The notes under the pieces: generated by a model | Databases searched by the model: none | Told to the model about the DNA's origin: nothing | Seen by the model: the letters and a program-made list of their open reading frames with translations, nothing else | Position numbers and translations under genes: made by a program | Source of the DNA: a virus | Lineage: Duplodnaviria > Heunggongvirae > Uroviricota > Caudoviricetes | Reading direction: 5' to 3' (one strand) | Length of the DNA: 21,218 bases | IMG/VR virus record: IMGVR_UViG_2547132270_000005 | Coordinates: 1-21,218 of that record | Part shown: piece by piece, positions 6,322 to 15,164 of the stretch | How positions within the stretch are numbered: position 1 is the first letter of the stretch | Layout of the letters: the number at the start of each line of letters is the position of its first letter

Positions 6322-7639
6322 AATCTACCTCCCAAAACCTCATGAGGGGCAAATAGCTGCATGGACGGCGGCAATAGAGGAACGCTTCCACGCGGTATGC
6401 TGTGGTCGTCGCTGGGGTAAAACGGTGATGCTGGTGAACATCGCTACCAGTTTCGCGACGCGGAAATTTGCCGTTCCTACCACCGGGCAGCTTATCGCGG
6501 GTAGGGTGGGGATTTTTACCGCACAATACCGCCAGTACCAGGAAATCTGGGATGAAATTAGCGCCGTTCTGCAACCGCTGATCCTCAGTCAGTCAAAAAA
6601 TGAAAAGCGCATCATTCTCCGTAATGGGGGGCGCATCGACTTTTGGGTAACGGACAACAACAAACTGGCCGGGCGTGGGCGTAAATATCACGCTGTGCTG
6701 ATTGATGAGGCAGCATTCACTAAATCGCCGGAAATGCTCGAGGAAATCTGGCCCCGAGCGATACGCCCGACGCTTGTCGATTACCGCGGCTGTGCGTGGG
6801 TATTTTCCACACCAAACGGTATCGACGAGAGCAATTTTTTCTACGCGATATGCCACGATGAATCCCTGGGATTTGTCATGCACCATGCGCCAACTTCATC
6901 GAATCCGTATATTCCGAAAGAAGAACTGGAGGAAACGGAGAAGAAATCCGATCCGCGTGTCTGGCAGCAGGAATATCTTGCCGAGTTCGTGGACTGGTCC
7001 AAAGATGCGTTACTCGATGTCGATAAGCTGCTGGTGGACGGTCAGCCGATTGAGATGCCGCCGCACTGCGACATGATTTTCGCAGTGATGGATACGGCGC
7101 TGAAAGGCGGGACCGAAAATGATGGTACTGGCGTGGTGTATTTCGCTTATGAGTCAACGTATTCGGACGAGCCAAAACTGACGATTATTGACTGGGATGT
7201 GACGCAAATTAAAGCGTCATTGCTTCCTGAATATATCCCCGGCGTTTATGACAACCTCGAGCGCCTCGCGAAATTATGCCGTCCGCGTCTGGGCAGCCAG
7301 GGAATTTTTATGGAAGACGCCGCGATGGGGGCAATTCTCAACCAGAAGGCGGAAACCGAAGGCTGGGATATGACGCCGATTAAATCGGCACTAACCAGCA
7401 AGGGCAAAGACGAACGGGCGGTGATAGCATCCAGCTACCACTATCAGGGGATGTGCAAAATCGTCCGGGAGGCTTACGACAAGACCGTTTCATTCAAACG
7501 CACCACCGCAAACCACCTCATAAAACAAATCGCCGGGTTCCACCTGGCAGACAAAGACGCGCATAAACGTGCTGATGACCTTTTCGATTGTTATACCTAT
7601 GGATTGATCATCGCGCACGGTAATTACGCGGCGTTGTAA
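6311..7639 (+). CDS. Terminase large subunit (ATPase plus nuclease)
   Basis: Walker A-like CCGRRWGKT near the N-terminus, Walker B-like VLIDEAAF, and a C-terminal acidic nuclease-like region (AVMDTALKGG...DGTGVVYFAY). Start overlaps the small subunit stop. Confidence 0.85.
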   Translation: MSIEIYLPKPHEGQIAAWTAAIEERFHAVCCGRRWGKTVMLVNIATSFATRKFAVPTTGQLIAGRVGIFTAQYRQYQEIWDEISAVLQPLILSQSKNEKRIILRNGGRIDFWVTDNNKLAGRGRKYHAVLIDEAAFTKSPEMLEEIWPRAIRPTLVDYRGCAWVFSTPNGIDESNFFYAICHDESLGFVMHHAPTSSNPYIPKEELEETEKKSDPRVWQQEYLAEFVDWSKDALLDVDKLLVDGQPIEMPPHCDMIFAVMDTALKGGTENDGTGVVYFAYESTYSDEPKLTIIDWDVTQIKASLLPEYIPGVYDNLERLAKLCRPRLGSQGIFMEDAAMGAILNQKAETEGWDMTPIKSALTSKGKDERAVIASSYHYQGMCKIVREAYDKTVSFKRTTANHLIKQIAGFHLADKDAHKRADDLFDCYTYGLIIAHGNYAAL

Positions 7640-7657
7640 AAAATCAGGATATTTTTG

Positions 7658-9094
7658 ATGGCAGAGATCGAGATTACTGGCGGCCTCGGTTCAGCACTGA
7701 TGCATATTCTTGAGGCTGAAGAAATTCAGCCGGGAACCGACATTGGCTATGAATTGTGTAAGCAGCTGTGGCAATTCCATCCTCTGGGCGGAAAACTTGT
7801 CGAAAAACCCATACTGATGGCGATGTGTAAGCCGCGCCAGTATAACGTGGAAACCGACCCTGACGAACGGGTTGTGCGGCGTTTCCAGGAGGTGTGGGAG
7901 CGCATGAAGGTGAACGAGAAGATTAAAAATCTGTTTTTTCTCTCTCGTTGCTACGGTGCTGCAGCGATCGGCGTGGGCACCGACAGTGTTTCATGTCGTG
8001 AGCCGCTTCCGACATTCGGGCTGACAGAAGAGGATGTGTATATCAACGCGTGGGATCCGTTGAACGCTTCCGGTTCGATGGTGACTGACCAGAACCCAAA
8101 CAGTCCGTTTTTCCAGGAAGCCAATAAAAAGCTAAAGATTGGCGGAAAAGACTGGCATCCGTCACGCACGTTGAAAATTTTCAACGGCACACCGATTTAT
8201 CTGGAGTTTCAGAGTTCATCGTTCGGATTCACCGGGCGAAGCGTGTTTCAGCGAGTTCTTTATTCCCTGAAATCCTATATCAACACGATGGAGGCGAATG
8301 ATCTCGTCAGTCAGAAAGCGGGCGTACTGGTAGCTAAAGTTGTGCAGAACGGTTCGAAACTTGACGGGATCATGGCTGCCGCCACGGGACGAAAAAGGGA
8401 AAATGTCAAAGAGGCAAAAAATAAAGGTGTGCTTAGTATCGGGAAGGATGAGGACGTTACCTCGCTGAATTTACAAAACATCGATGGCGCGCTAAATGCC
8501 GCCCGCGACAACATTATTTCCGATATTGCATCAGGTAGCGATGTTCCCGCGATTCTCATCAAGGAGGAGGCTTTCTCGAATGGTTTCGGTGAAGGAACTG
8601 AGGATTCGAAAGCTATCAGCCAGTATATCGATGGTGTACGCCAGCAGATTGAACCTGTGATGGATTATTTCGAACGCCTGGTGCAGTACATCGCCTGGAA
8701 CGAGGAATTTTATCAGTCGCTGAAAAATGATTACCCGGACATCATAACCGACGACTATAAAACCACGTTTTACCAGTGGCGACGTGAATTTACCGCGACG
8801 TGGCAGGAGCTGGTTGAGGAGTCGCCGGACAAACGCCGGGAAAGCGACAGTAAAGTGATTCAACAGGCGATAGCACTTTTCTCTGCCGTGTCGCCACAGG
8901 TTGATCCTGAAAACCGCGCTGCCGTCACTGAATGGCTGGCAAGTCTTGTTAATGCCACGCAAACCTATGGCGAAGCTCCACTCATCATTGATGTGGACGC
9001 GCTGGCGAATTATGAACCACCGAAGCAGGAGACGCCTGATGGCAATTTCCAGCCGGGCGGTGAGGAAGAAGAAACGGATCAGGACGCTGTATGA
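7658..9094 (+). CDS. Portal protein (putative)
   Basis: About 479 aa, directly downstream of the terminase large subunit, acidic C-terminus. Called from position and size; no motif-level confirmation. Confidence 0.65.
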   Translation: MAEIEITGGLGSALMHILEAEEIQPGTDIGYELCKQLWQFHPLGGKLVEKPILMAMCKPRQYNVETDPDERVVRRFQEVWERMKVNEKIKNLFFLSRCYGAAAIGVGTDSVSCREPLPTFGLTEEDVYINAWDPLNASGSMVTDQNPNSPFFQEANKKLKIGGKDWHPSRTLKIFNGTPIYLEFQSSSFGFTGRSVFQRVLYSLKSYINTMEANDLVSQKAGVLVAKVVQNGSKLDGIMAAATGRKRENVKEAKNKGVLSIGKDEDVTSLNLQNIDGALNAARDNIISDIASGSDVPAILIKEEAFSNGFGEGTEDSKAISQYIDGVRQQIEPVMDYFERLVQYIAWNEEFYQSLKNDYPDIITDDYKTTFYQWRREFTATWQELVEESPDKRRESDSKVIQQAIALFSAVSPQVDPENRAAVTEWLASLVNATQTYGEAPLIIDVDALANYEPPKQETPDGNFQPGGEEEETDQDAV

Positions 9095-9872
9095 GGTTCT
9101 GACGGATGCCGTTAACTACTACGTAAATCGCGGGTGGGATAGCGAAAAATCATTGCTCGAATGGTGCCGGAAACTCCGTGTAGCCGCTCAGCGAGAAACC
9201 CCTGATGATACCGTAGCCAGAAAACACCTCACCGCTATCTACAGCCGTCTTGTCATCGACGGCGGGGCATTACGGGATCAGCCTCCTGACGGCCCAAAAA
9301 AAATCACTGTTGAAAAACTGAAACCTGAGTTTCGCAAGGAACTCGACAGGCGAATTTTCGCCAGTGCCAACCTGATAAAACTCAACCGCGAACAGGCCAT
9401 CGAGAAAACCATACAGCGTTTTCAGGGGTGGGTTACGTCCATTCCGCCTGACGGGGTGAGCGAAATTGATCGCCGGGAAGTGAAGTCCGGTTTTCAGAAG
9501 TCCGTGAAGGATATGGATTTTATCAGTCGCCGGGTGGCAATTGACCAGGGGCATAAGCTGGCAAGCAACGTTAAGTATCTGCTGGCTGTTCAGAGTGGTG
9601 CGATTGCTCTGCGCTGGCATTCGAACTGGCGGCGTCCGGGCTACAAATACCGGCAGGACCACAAAGAGCGCGACGAGAAAATTTATCTCCTCCGCGATTC
9701 GTGGGCGCTGGAGCAGGGACTGATTAAGCCCGTATATGGTTTTTATGACGAAATCACTGCTGCCGGGGAGGAGGTTTATTGCAGTTGCGATGCACTGCCG
9801 ATCTACGCCCCTCAGAAACTACCCGACGAATTTTTAACGGAGAAGGGCAAACGTGAGTTTAACCGAGCTTGA
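9039..9872 (+). CDS. Putative head morphogenesis / minor head protein
   Basis: RBS AGGAG 7 nt before the ATG at 9039 (track ORF opens at 8901, overlapping the portal gene). Position between portal and scaffold matches the usual slot for MuF-like proteins. Family is not confirmed. Confidence 0.5.
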   Translation: MAISSRAVRKKKRIRTLYEVLTDAVNYYVNRGWDSEKSLLEWCRKLRVAAQRETPDDTVARKHLTAIYSRLVIDGGALRDQPPDGPKKITVEKLKPEFRKELDRRIFASANLIKLNREQAIEKTIQRFQGWVTSIPPDGVSEIDRREVKSGFQKSVKDMDFISRRVAIDQGHKLASNVKYLLAVQSGAIALRWHSNWRRPGYKYRQDHKERDEKIYLLRDSWALEQGLIKPVYGFYDEITAAGEEVYCSCDALPIYAPQKLPDEFLTEKGKREFNRA

Positions 9873-11175
9873 AGTGGCAGAACGCATCAGGGACGGAACC
9901 GTACCGTCTCCGGTGAAATTCTCCAACATGTGGCTGGTGAATTTGCGAATAACCGGAACCGGGCTTGCCTATCGCGCCGGGCTGAAAGAGTACGTCTGGC
10001 GTGATCCAAAGCTCTATCTGAACGAGGAGTTTTTAAGGCGATGCAATGGCCTTCCGGTTATCGCAAACCATCCTGACGACGCAGTTCTGACGGAGGAGGA
10101 CTTTAAATCGCGGATCGTCGGTAGCGTCATGCTGCCGTATATCCGGGGTGATGAGGTATGGGCGGTGTGCCGCGTTTACCTCCAGAGCATTGTTGAAGAA
10201 ATCACTGAGGGGGATGTTTCGACAAGCCCGTCGGTGGTGTTCAACAGCACATCAGGAAATGTGGAAGTACAGGAAGGTGACACCAATTTTTTAATCGAAG
10301 GCGTTCCTTTCCTTGTTGATCACATCGCCCTGGTGACGAAAGACCACGGCTCGCTGGGCGTGTGGGATAAAGACCGGATCCCCGCAGGGGTTGAAGTGAC
10401 AAACACAGGTGAAATCGAGATGGAAAAAGAAGAACTCCAGGCCCTGTTACAGGGGGTTGTGAGCGATGCCCTGCAAGGCATTAATCAGAAAATCGATGGT
10501 GTCGTTACGCGCATGGACTCACTGGAACAGCGGGACAAAGCGCGGGCGGATGCCGAAGAACAGGCGAAAAAAGAGGCCGAAGAAAAGGCCAAAGCCGATG
10601 AAGCCGCAGAGGAACAGCGTAAAGCTGATGAAGCTGCGGCAAAGGAGGCGGAAGAAAAAGCCAAAGCTGACGAGGCAGCAGCTAAAGATGCTGAGGAGAA
10701 AGCAAAGGCTGATTCCGAAGCAGAAGAACAGCGTAAGGCCGACGAGGAGGCAGAAAAAGAACGCAATGATTCTGCCTTGGCAGAAGCGCAGGCAAAAGCC
10801 GACTCCGCATTCAGTGCCTGCGGTAAAAACGCGCCAGCACCGTTTTCTGGTGAAAATGCGCTGGACTACCGCAAGCGTGCGCTAATCGCTATGCAGAAAC
10901 ACTCTCCGGCACATAAGGACGTCAATATTCGCGCGATTGCGGATTCTGCAACGCTGGCTGTGCTTGAGGACGCAATTTTCAGTGCCGCCCGTCAGTCCAT
11001 CGAAAAAGAAATGATGAGTACGCAGGGGCAACTGCATAAACGTATCCGCAACGATGAAGCCGGGCGTCGCATTACTGAATATCAGGGCGATCCGAACGTC
11101 TGGCTGAGTGCTTTCAAAATTCCGGGGCGTCGTCTGGCAAAAATTAACACTCAAGGGAGCCTGAACAATGGCTGA
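9853..11175 (+). CDS. Putative prohead scaffold/protease-like protein with a central Ala/Glu/Lys-rich coiled-coil repeat
   Basis: GTG start with RBS GGAGAAGG. N-terminal globular domain, then a roughly 70-aa repeat region (AEEKAKADEAA...EEQRKADE), then a C-terminal domain. Scaffold position upstream of capsid genes. Confidence 0.6.
   Translation: MSLTELEVAERIRDGTVPSPVKFSNMWLVNLRITGTGLAYRAGLKEYVWRDPKLYLNEEFLRRCNGLPVIANHPDDAVLTEEDFKSRIVGSVMLPYIRGDEVWAVCRVYLQSIVEEITEGDVSTSPSVVFNSTSGNVEVQEGDTNFLIEGVPFLVDHIALVTKDHGSLGVWDKDRIPAGVEVTNTGEIEMEKEELQALLQGVVSDALQGINQKIDGVVTRMDSLEQRDKARADAEEQAKKEAEEKAKADEAAEEQRKADEAAAKEAEEKAKADEAAAKDAEEKAKADSEAEEQRKADEEAEKERNDSALAEAQAKADSAFSACGKNAPAPFSGENALDYRKRALIAMQKHSPAHKDVNIRAIADSATLAVLEDAIFSAARQSIEKEMMSTQGQLHKRIRNDEAGRRITEYQGDPNVWLSAFKIPGRRLAKINTQGSLNNG
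10575..10760 (+). repeat. In-frame tandem repeat encoding an AEEKAKADEAA / EEQRKADE coiled-coil segment
   Basis: Seen directly: two roughly 72-nt units with a shorter partial copy between them. It also generates the spurious overlapping ORFs 10466..10885 (+) and 10485..10766 (-). Confidence 0.7.
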
Positions 11176-11785
11176 TATTAACTTTCATCCGTTTAAAAAC
11201 CGTGGAGCATTTGGTGGCCTTTTTAACGTCGAATCCCGTGGGCTGATGCAGGGGGATGCGCAGGATGATCCGGCAATTCGTCTGCAACTTTGCTCCGGTC
11301 GACTGGACAGCAAAATCACTGAACCGGTATGGGGTGGCGTTGGAGTTATGGAGTGCATTGCTCCCGCGAAAGACAGCGTTAACGGCGCGGTAATTAAACA
11401 AGCCACGAAGGACGCCTGTAACGCCTTTACTGTCTTTAATCAGGCATTTCATGGCATTACCACGCCGGATAATCCGGTGCCGTTATATCTCGCGGGTGGC
11501 TTTGTTCACTATTACCGCGTTGGCTCAGGTGCCCGCATTCCTCTCCCTGTCAGTGCAGAAGTTGTTGCGCTGGCTGATGGAAATAACACCGTTGCTGCCA
11601 GTGGTTTTGTGTGGGATCTGACGAAAAACATGGTTGATGTTTATTCGGGATCACCCGGAGCTAATCCGAAAGTGGATATTAAGTTGCTGATGGTTTCAGT
11701 TGACGGAAACCTGACGGTGAAAAAAGAGGATGGCGGTAACGTTGTCTGGGAAATCGGCAAACCGTGCGGCCTGTTTTTAATTTAA
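11168..11785 (+). CDS. Putative capsid-associated structural protein (205 aa)
   Basis: RBS AAGGGAG; located between the scaffold and major capsid genes. No recognisable motif. Confidence 0.5.
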   Translation: MADINFHPFKNRGAFGGLFNVESRGLMQGDAQDDPAIRLQLCSGRLDSKITEPVWGGVGVMECIAPAKDSVNGAVIKQATKDACNAFTVFNQAFHGITTPDNPVPLYLAGGFVHYYRVGSGARIPLPVSAEVVALADGNNTVAASGFVWDLTKNMVDVYSGSPGANPKVDIKLLMVSVDGNLTVKKEDGGNVVWEIGKPCGLFLI

Positions 11786-11799
11786 GGGGATATTAATTA

Positions 11800-12828
11800 A
11801 TGAGCGCATTTACTCCTGCGACTACTATTGTGTCGCCGTCAATGGTGCTGCCGGAAATGATCGTGCAACAGAGCATGGCTTCCGGGGCGTTTGAAGTCCT
11901 GGCTGGTGGTGCTCCGGCAGTAAAAATTAGTTCCAGTGATTTGATGGTCTATCAGAAATATCTGCGCATGACCTCGCAGGCGCAGGTCAGCCAGTCTCTG
12001 CCGGGCCAGTTACCGTCTTCCAGTATCTCTGGCGGCTATGACGGGATGATGACTTACCGAATTTCTTCCCGCTCGCAATACAGCTATCTCGATACTGATG
12101 CAGCAGATCGCTGGGGCTATTCTCTGATTGAAGGCCTGCGCCTGGCTAACCGCCAGGGACACGCTCAAATGTTGCGTAATATGCTGCTGTACGGTGTTGA
12201 AGCGAAGAATAACGAAGGGATCACCAACTCCCCGAATGCAGTGACACTGAATCTGGGCAACGACAGCAAAGGTAACGATTCATACACCACCTGGGATTCC
12301 GGCGAGATGGCTAAATTTATGCTTGGCCTGATTGCTGACCAGAAAACCCGCATGTTGCTGCTGGGGCAGCCATTAACGACTGTTATTCTGAGCCCACAGC
12401 GATTCATGAAGGCGCTGGAGTGGACAGGAATTGTTGAGCTGACCAGTTACCAGCGTCCTGGTGGTGGTACCGGAACGGTGGGAACGATGGTTAAAGACGT
12501 CGCCGATAAGGCGGCAGGCGACGACATCATTTTCTGCCAGGACGACACGCTGATCGGTAAAGGCGCTGGTGGTAATGACCTGATCATCGTTACGAACCCG
12601 ACGATTGAGGTTCCGGAAGCGCGTCACACCATTAACACCAATATTTTCTCCACGCTGGTACCGAACCAGCAGGCCGTCAACGTGATGTTCTGCGACATGG
12701 CAGCGCCGACGGAAATTCCGTCCCCTATGCCGGATGGCGGCCTGACCACGTTGTATACCATGCGTGCGACGCCGGGCTGGAACTTCCGCCCTGAGGGGAT
12801 CACCCTGTTGTCTGCCAAATACGCATAA
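11800..12828 (+). CDS. Major capsid protein (putative)
   Basis: RBS AAGGGGA; 342 aa; last gene of the head block and followed by a strong terminator, consistent with a highly expressed capsid gene. Called from position and size. Confidence 0.65.
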   Translation: MSAFTPATTIVSPSMVLPEMIVQQSMASGAFEVLAGGAPAVKISSSDLMVYQKYLRMTSQAQVSQSLPGQLPSSSISGGYDGMMTYRISSRSQYSYLDTDAADRWGYSLIEGLRLANRQGHAQMLRNMLLYGVEAKNNEGITNSPNAVTLNLGNDSKGNDSYTTWDSGEMAKFMLGLIADQKTRMLLLGQPLTTVILSPQRFMKALEWTGIVELTSYQRPGGGTGTVGTMVKDVADKAAGDDIIFCQDDTLIGKGAGGNDLIIVTNPTIEVPEARHTINTNIFSTLVPNQQAVNVMFCDMAAPTEIPSPMPDGGLTTLYTMRATPGWNFRPEGITLLSAKYA

Positions 12829-12845
12829 ACGTTCAACCTGATAAC

Positions 12846-12872
12846 GCGGGGAGCTAAATGCTCCCCTTTTTT
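12846..12872 (+). terminator. Rho-independent terminator (GGGGAGC-taaat-GCTCCCC plus TTTTTT)
   Basis: Seen directly: 7-bp perfect stem at 12848-12854/12860-12866, then a T6 run. Confidence 0.75.
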
Positions 12873-12885
12873 GTGGGAAAAATTT

Positions 12886-13356
12886 ATGAAGCTCTACATT
12901 GCTAACTGCTCACGTCAGCCGCACACGTTCAACTACAAACTCCCCGAAAAAACGCAGTCGTTCGGTGTGACAATTCCGTCCGGACGTCAGCATATGATCG
13001 AAAATCAGTCCGATATTATCGACCACATCATCCGACAGCATGAGCCTTACGGATTCCAGCGTTGTGACAAGGTGGACAAGAATTTTTCCGGTATCTGCTA
13101 TTCCATCGATAAACCTGTGAGCGTCGGTCGCATTGAGGATTGCGCGGAGCAGAAAACGGAAAATCTGGAATCCATGTCAGAGGAAATTCTCGCGGCCAGC
13201 GCCGTATCGCTGAATAACGCAGTGGATCAGGCGGTGATTCAGAGCGGCGAAAAACCTCAACCGGGCGGTATTGAGATGGAAATCACCGGAGAAGCGGTTA
13301 ACACCGAACAGGAAAATCCGCCCAGCACAAAGCGAAATATTAAGGTTAAAAAATAA
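12886..13356 (+). CDS. Hypothetical protein (156 aa) with an acidic, low-complexity C-terminal tail
   Basis: ATG at 12886 (track ORF opens at a TTG at 12871, inside the terminator T-run). Weak RBS. No family recognised. The stop overlaps the next gene start (TAATG). Confidence 0.5.
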   Translation: MKLYIANCSRQPHTFNYKLPEKTQSFGVTIPSGRQHMIENQSDIIDHIIRQHEPYGFQRCDKVDKNFSGICYSIDKPVSVGRIEDCAEQKTENLESMSEEILAASAVSLNNAVDQAVIQSGEKPQPGGIEMEITGEAVNTEQENPPSTKRNIKVKK

Positions 13357-13796
13357 TGACCCAGCGTCCGTCACTGGAGGGGTTTATTCGCTTCGTTCGT
13401 GATGACATGAAAGTACCGGTTCACGCCATTGCTGACGATGATCCGACGCTGGAATGTTGCTTTCAGTCTGCGATGGAGCTAATCCCTCACGATCAGGGGC
13501 TGGAGCGTTTACCCATCATCTATGTGCGAACGGTTTATAACGCTGCCGCCTCATTCCTCCTGAATTTCGCCCCAGGATCGTGGTTTGCCGACCTGAGAAA
13601 AAAACTCAACCTTGGGAAGCTGGCTACCGGGCTTGTCAGCGCGGCAGCAGACCAGGGAACATCGGGCTCAATCACTATCAGCGACGCGCTGAGCAATCTG
13701 TCTTTGCTTGATTTGCAGATGTTGCAGGATCCGTATGGACGGCAGGTTGTTGCGGTGCTGATGCAGATGGGAACGGTATGGGGGTACACGCCATGA
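13356..13796 (+). CDS. Putative head-tail connector / head completion protein (146 aa)
   Basis: Translationally coupled to flanking genes; position between the capsid and tail modules. Confidence 0.45.
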   Translation: MTQRPSLEGFIRFVRDDMKVPVHAIADDDPTLECCFQSAMELIPHDQGLERLPIIYVRTVYNAAASFLLNFAPGSWFADLRKKLNLGKLATGLVSAAADQGTSGSITISDALSNLSLLDLQMLQDPYGRQVVAVLMQMGTVWGYTP

Positions 13797-14233
13797 AACT
13801 TTGTTTTGGTGTTGTCGACCAGCCGTATGACTACGGAGACGAACCGGGAAAAACCACGTTCGACGTGGCCTGTGACCTCGAGGAGCGCTACGAAATTTTT
13901 ACGCACTTCTGGGAAATGCATAAGGACGAGATTATCCAGGAGGCAGGTACTGAACTGGCGTACCAGTTGGTCAATCACCTTAAGCATAAGGCTCCGCTAC
14001 CAGGCGAGCATTTTCTGGAAGGGACTGAGAAGATTTTCCATATTTTTCTTGAAACTGAAGAAATGGCCGGGATGACGATTAACGGAAACCCTGTGCCAAC
14101 TCAGGCCGCGCTACTGGGCGTTAACTCCAGGCTTAAGGACAAATATACCGGTGAGCGGCGTCCGTCATTCATAGACGGCGGCCTGTTTAAGGGCAGCTTT
14201 ATAGCGTGGATAGATAACAATGCCGAGTCTTGA
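13793..14233 (+). CDS. Putative head-tail joining or tail completion protein (about 146 aa)
   Basis: ATG at 13793 overlaps the upstream stop (ATGA); an alternative ATG lies at 13778. Assigned by position only. Confidence 0.45.
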   Translation: MKLCFGVVDQPYDYGDEPGKTTFDVACDLEERYEIFTHFWEMHKDEIIQEAGTELAYQLVNHLKHKAPLPGEHFLEGTEKIFHIFLETEEMAGMTINGNPVPTQAALLGVNSRLKDKYTGERRPSFIDGGLFKGSFIAWIDNNAES

Positions 14234-15164
14234 GGAATTAGCCGAACAGCACAGTTCGCAGCTCTCATCCGTTCTTAAATCCGCAGTTGAAACCATCTCG
14301 TCAGACCAGGAAATCACGTTCAGGCTCTATGTCCGGCAGGTTCTGCCGCTGGATGGCTTTGTCTATTGGGTTAATGCGGAAATCATCAGTTGCGATGAAC
14401 TGTGTCGCCTGAATATTGAGTCACCAACCAGTCTGAAAATCAAAGGCAGCCTGCATCGTCAGGTTATTGCGATTCAGGACGAGTCTGTCTCGAAGGATGT
14501 GAACAACATTATTTTCACGCCTGTCCAGCAGGTTGATGATTTTAATGTAGAAAATCCCGATGCGATCTATCTCGGTGAGTACGGCGGCGTTCAGTTCGCT
14601 TTTTCACGAATGGAGAGCCGTTATCAGCAGTCGGGTATTTTTCATTATCGCGGCATGGCGATTTTACCAACTATGCGTTCTCAGATTATCGACTGCGAGG
14701 AGGATATCAGCGACGAGCAGATCATCTCCAACAGCATTCCGATCTGGCTGCAAATGAAAGATGCCGCGACCGTGTATCCGTCTTACCTGGTACCTCAGAA
14801 CCTTCGTCCTCCGTATATCGCGGTGGATGTTCGCAACAGCATTCCGTTGCAGGTGGCTCCCGTTGTTTTCGGTGGCGAGCGATTCCAGCTCGTCCAGGAT
14901 TCGGTTCGCCTGACGCTTTACGGATTCAGCAACAAAATGGCGCTGGATCTTGTCGACTCGGTGGTGAACAGGGCGCTGGAGGAGGAAAGGTTTGGTGTAA
15001 CTAATATTCCGGTGGTTCAGGACGCAAAGTCGGGACAGGTTGAAATCAACGCTCTGGCGAAGAAAAAAATTGTCGATTTTGACGTGAATTACTACCAGAG
15101 CACCGCCCGGGAAATATCCCGGCAGTTGATTGAAAAAGTTATTTGTAAATATGAGGTTAAATAA
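14220..15164 (+). CDS. Hypothetical virion morphogenesis protein (314 aa)
   Basis: Overlaps the upstream gene by 14 nt; stop overlaps the sheath gene start (TAATG). No recognisable motif. Confidence 0.5.
   Translation: MPSLEELAEQHSSQLSSVLKSAVETISSDQEITFRLYVRQVLPLDGFVYWVNAEIISCDELCRLNIESPTSLKIKGSLHRQVIAIQDESVSKDVNNIIFTPVQQVDDFNVENPDAIYLGEYGGVQFAFSRMESRYQQSGIFHYRGMAILPTMRSQIIDCEEDISDEQIISNSIPIWLQMKDAATVYPSYLVPQNLRPPYIAVDVRNSIPLQVAPVVFGGERFQLVQDSVRLTLYGFSNKMALDLVDSVVNRALEEERFGVTNIPVVQDAKSGQVEINALAKKKIVDFDVNYYQSTAREISRQLIEKVICKYEVK

Noticed and set aside
10466-10885. Lys/Arg-rich + strand ORF and Ser/Ala-rich minus-strand ORF (10485..10766) over the scaffold repeat
   Set aside because: Frame artefacts of the GAA/GCN-rich tandem repeat; the in-frame scaffold reading is continuous and coupled to its neighbours.
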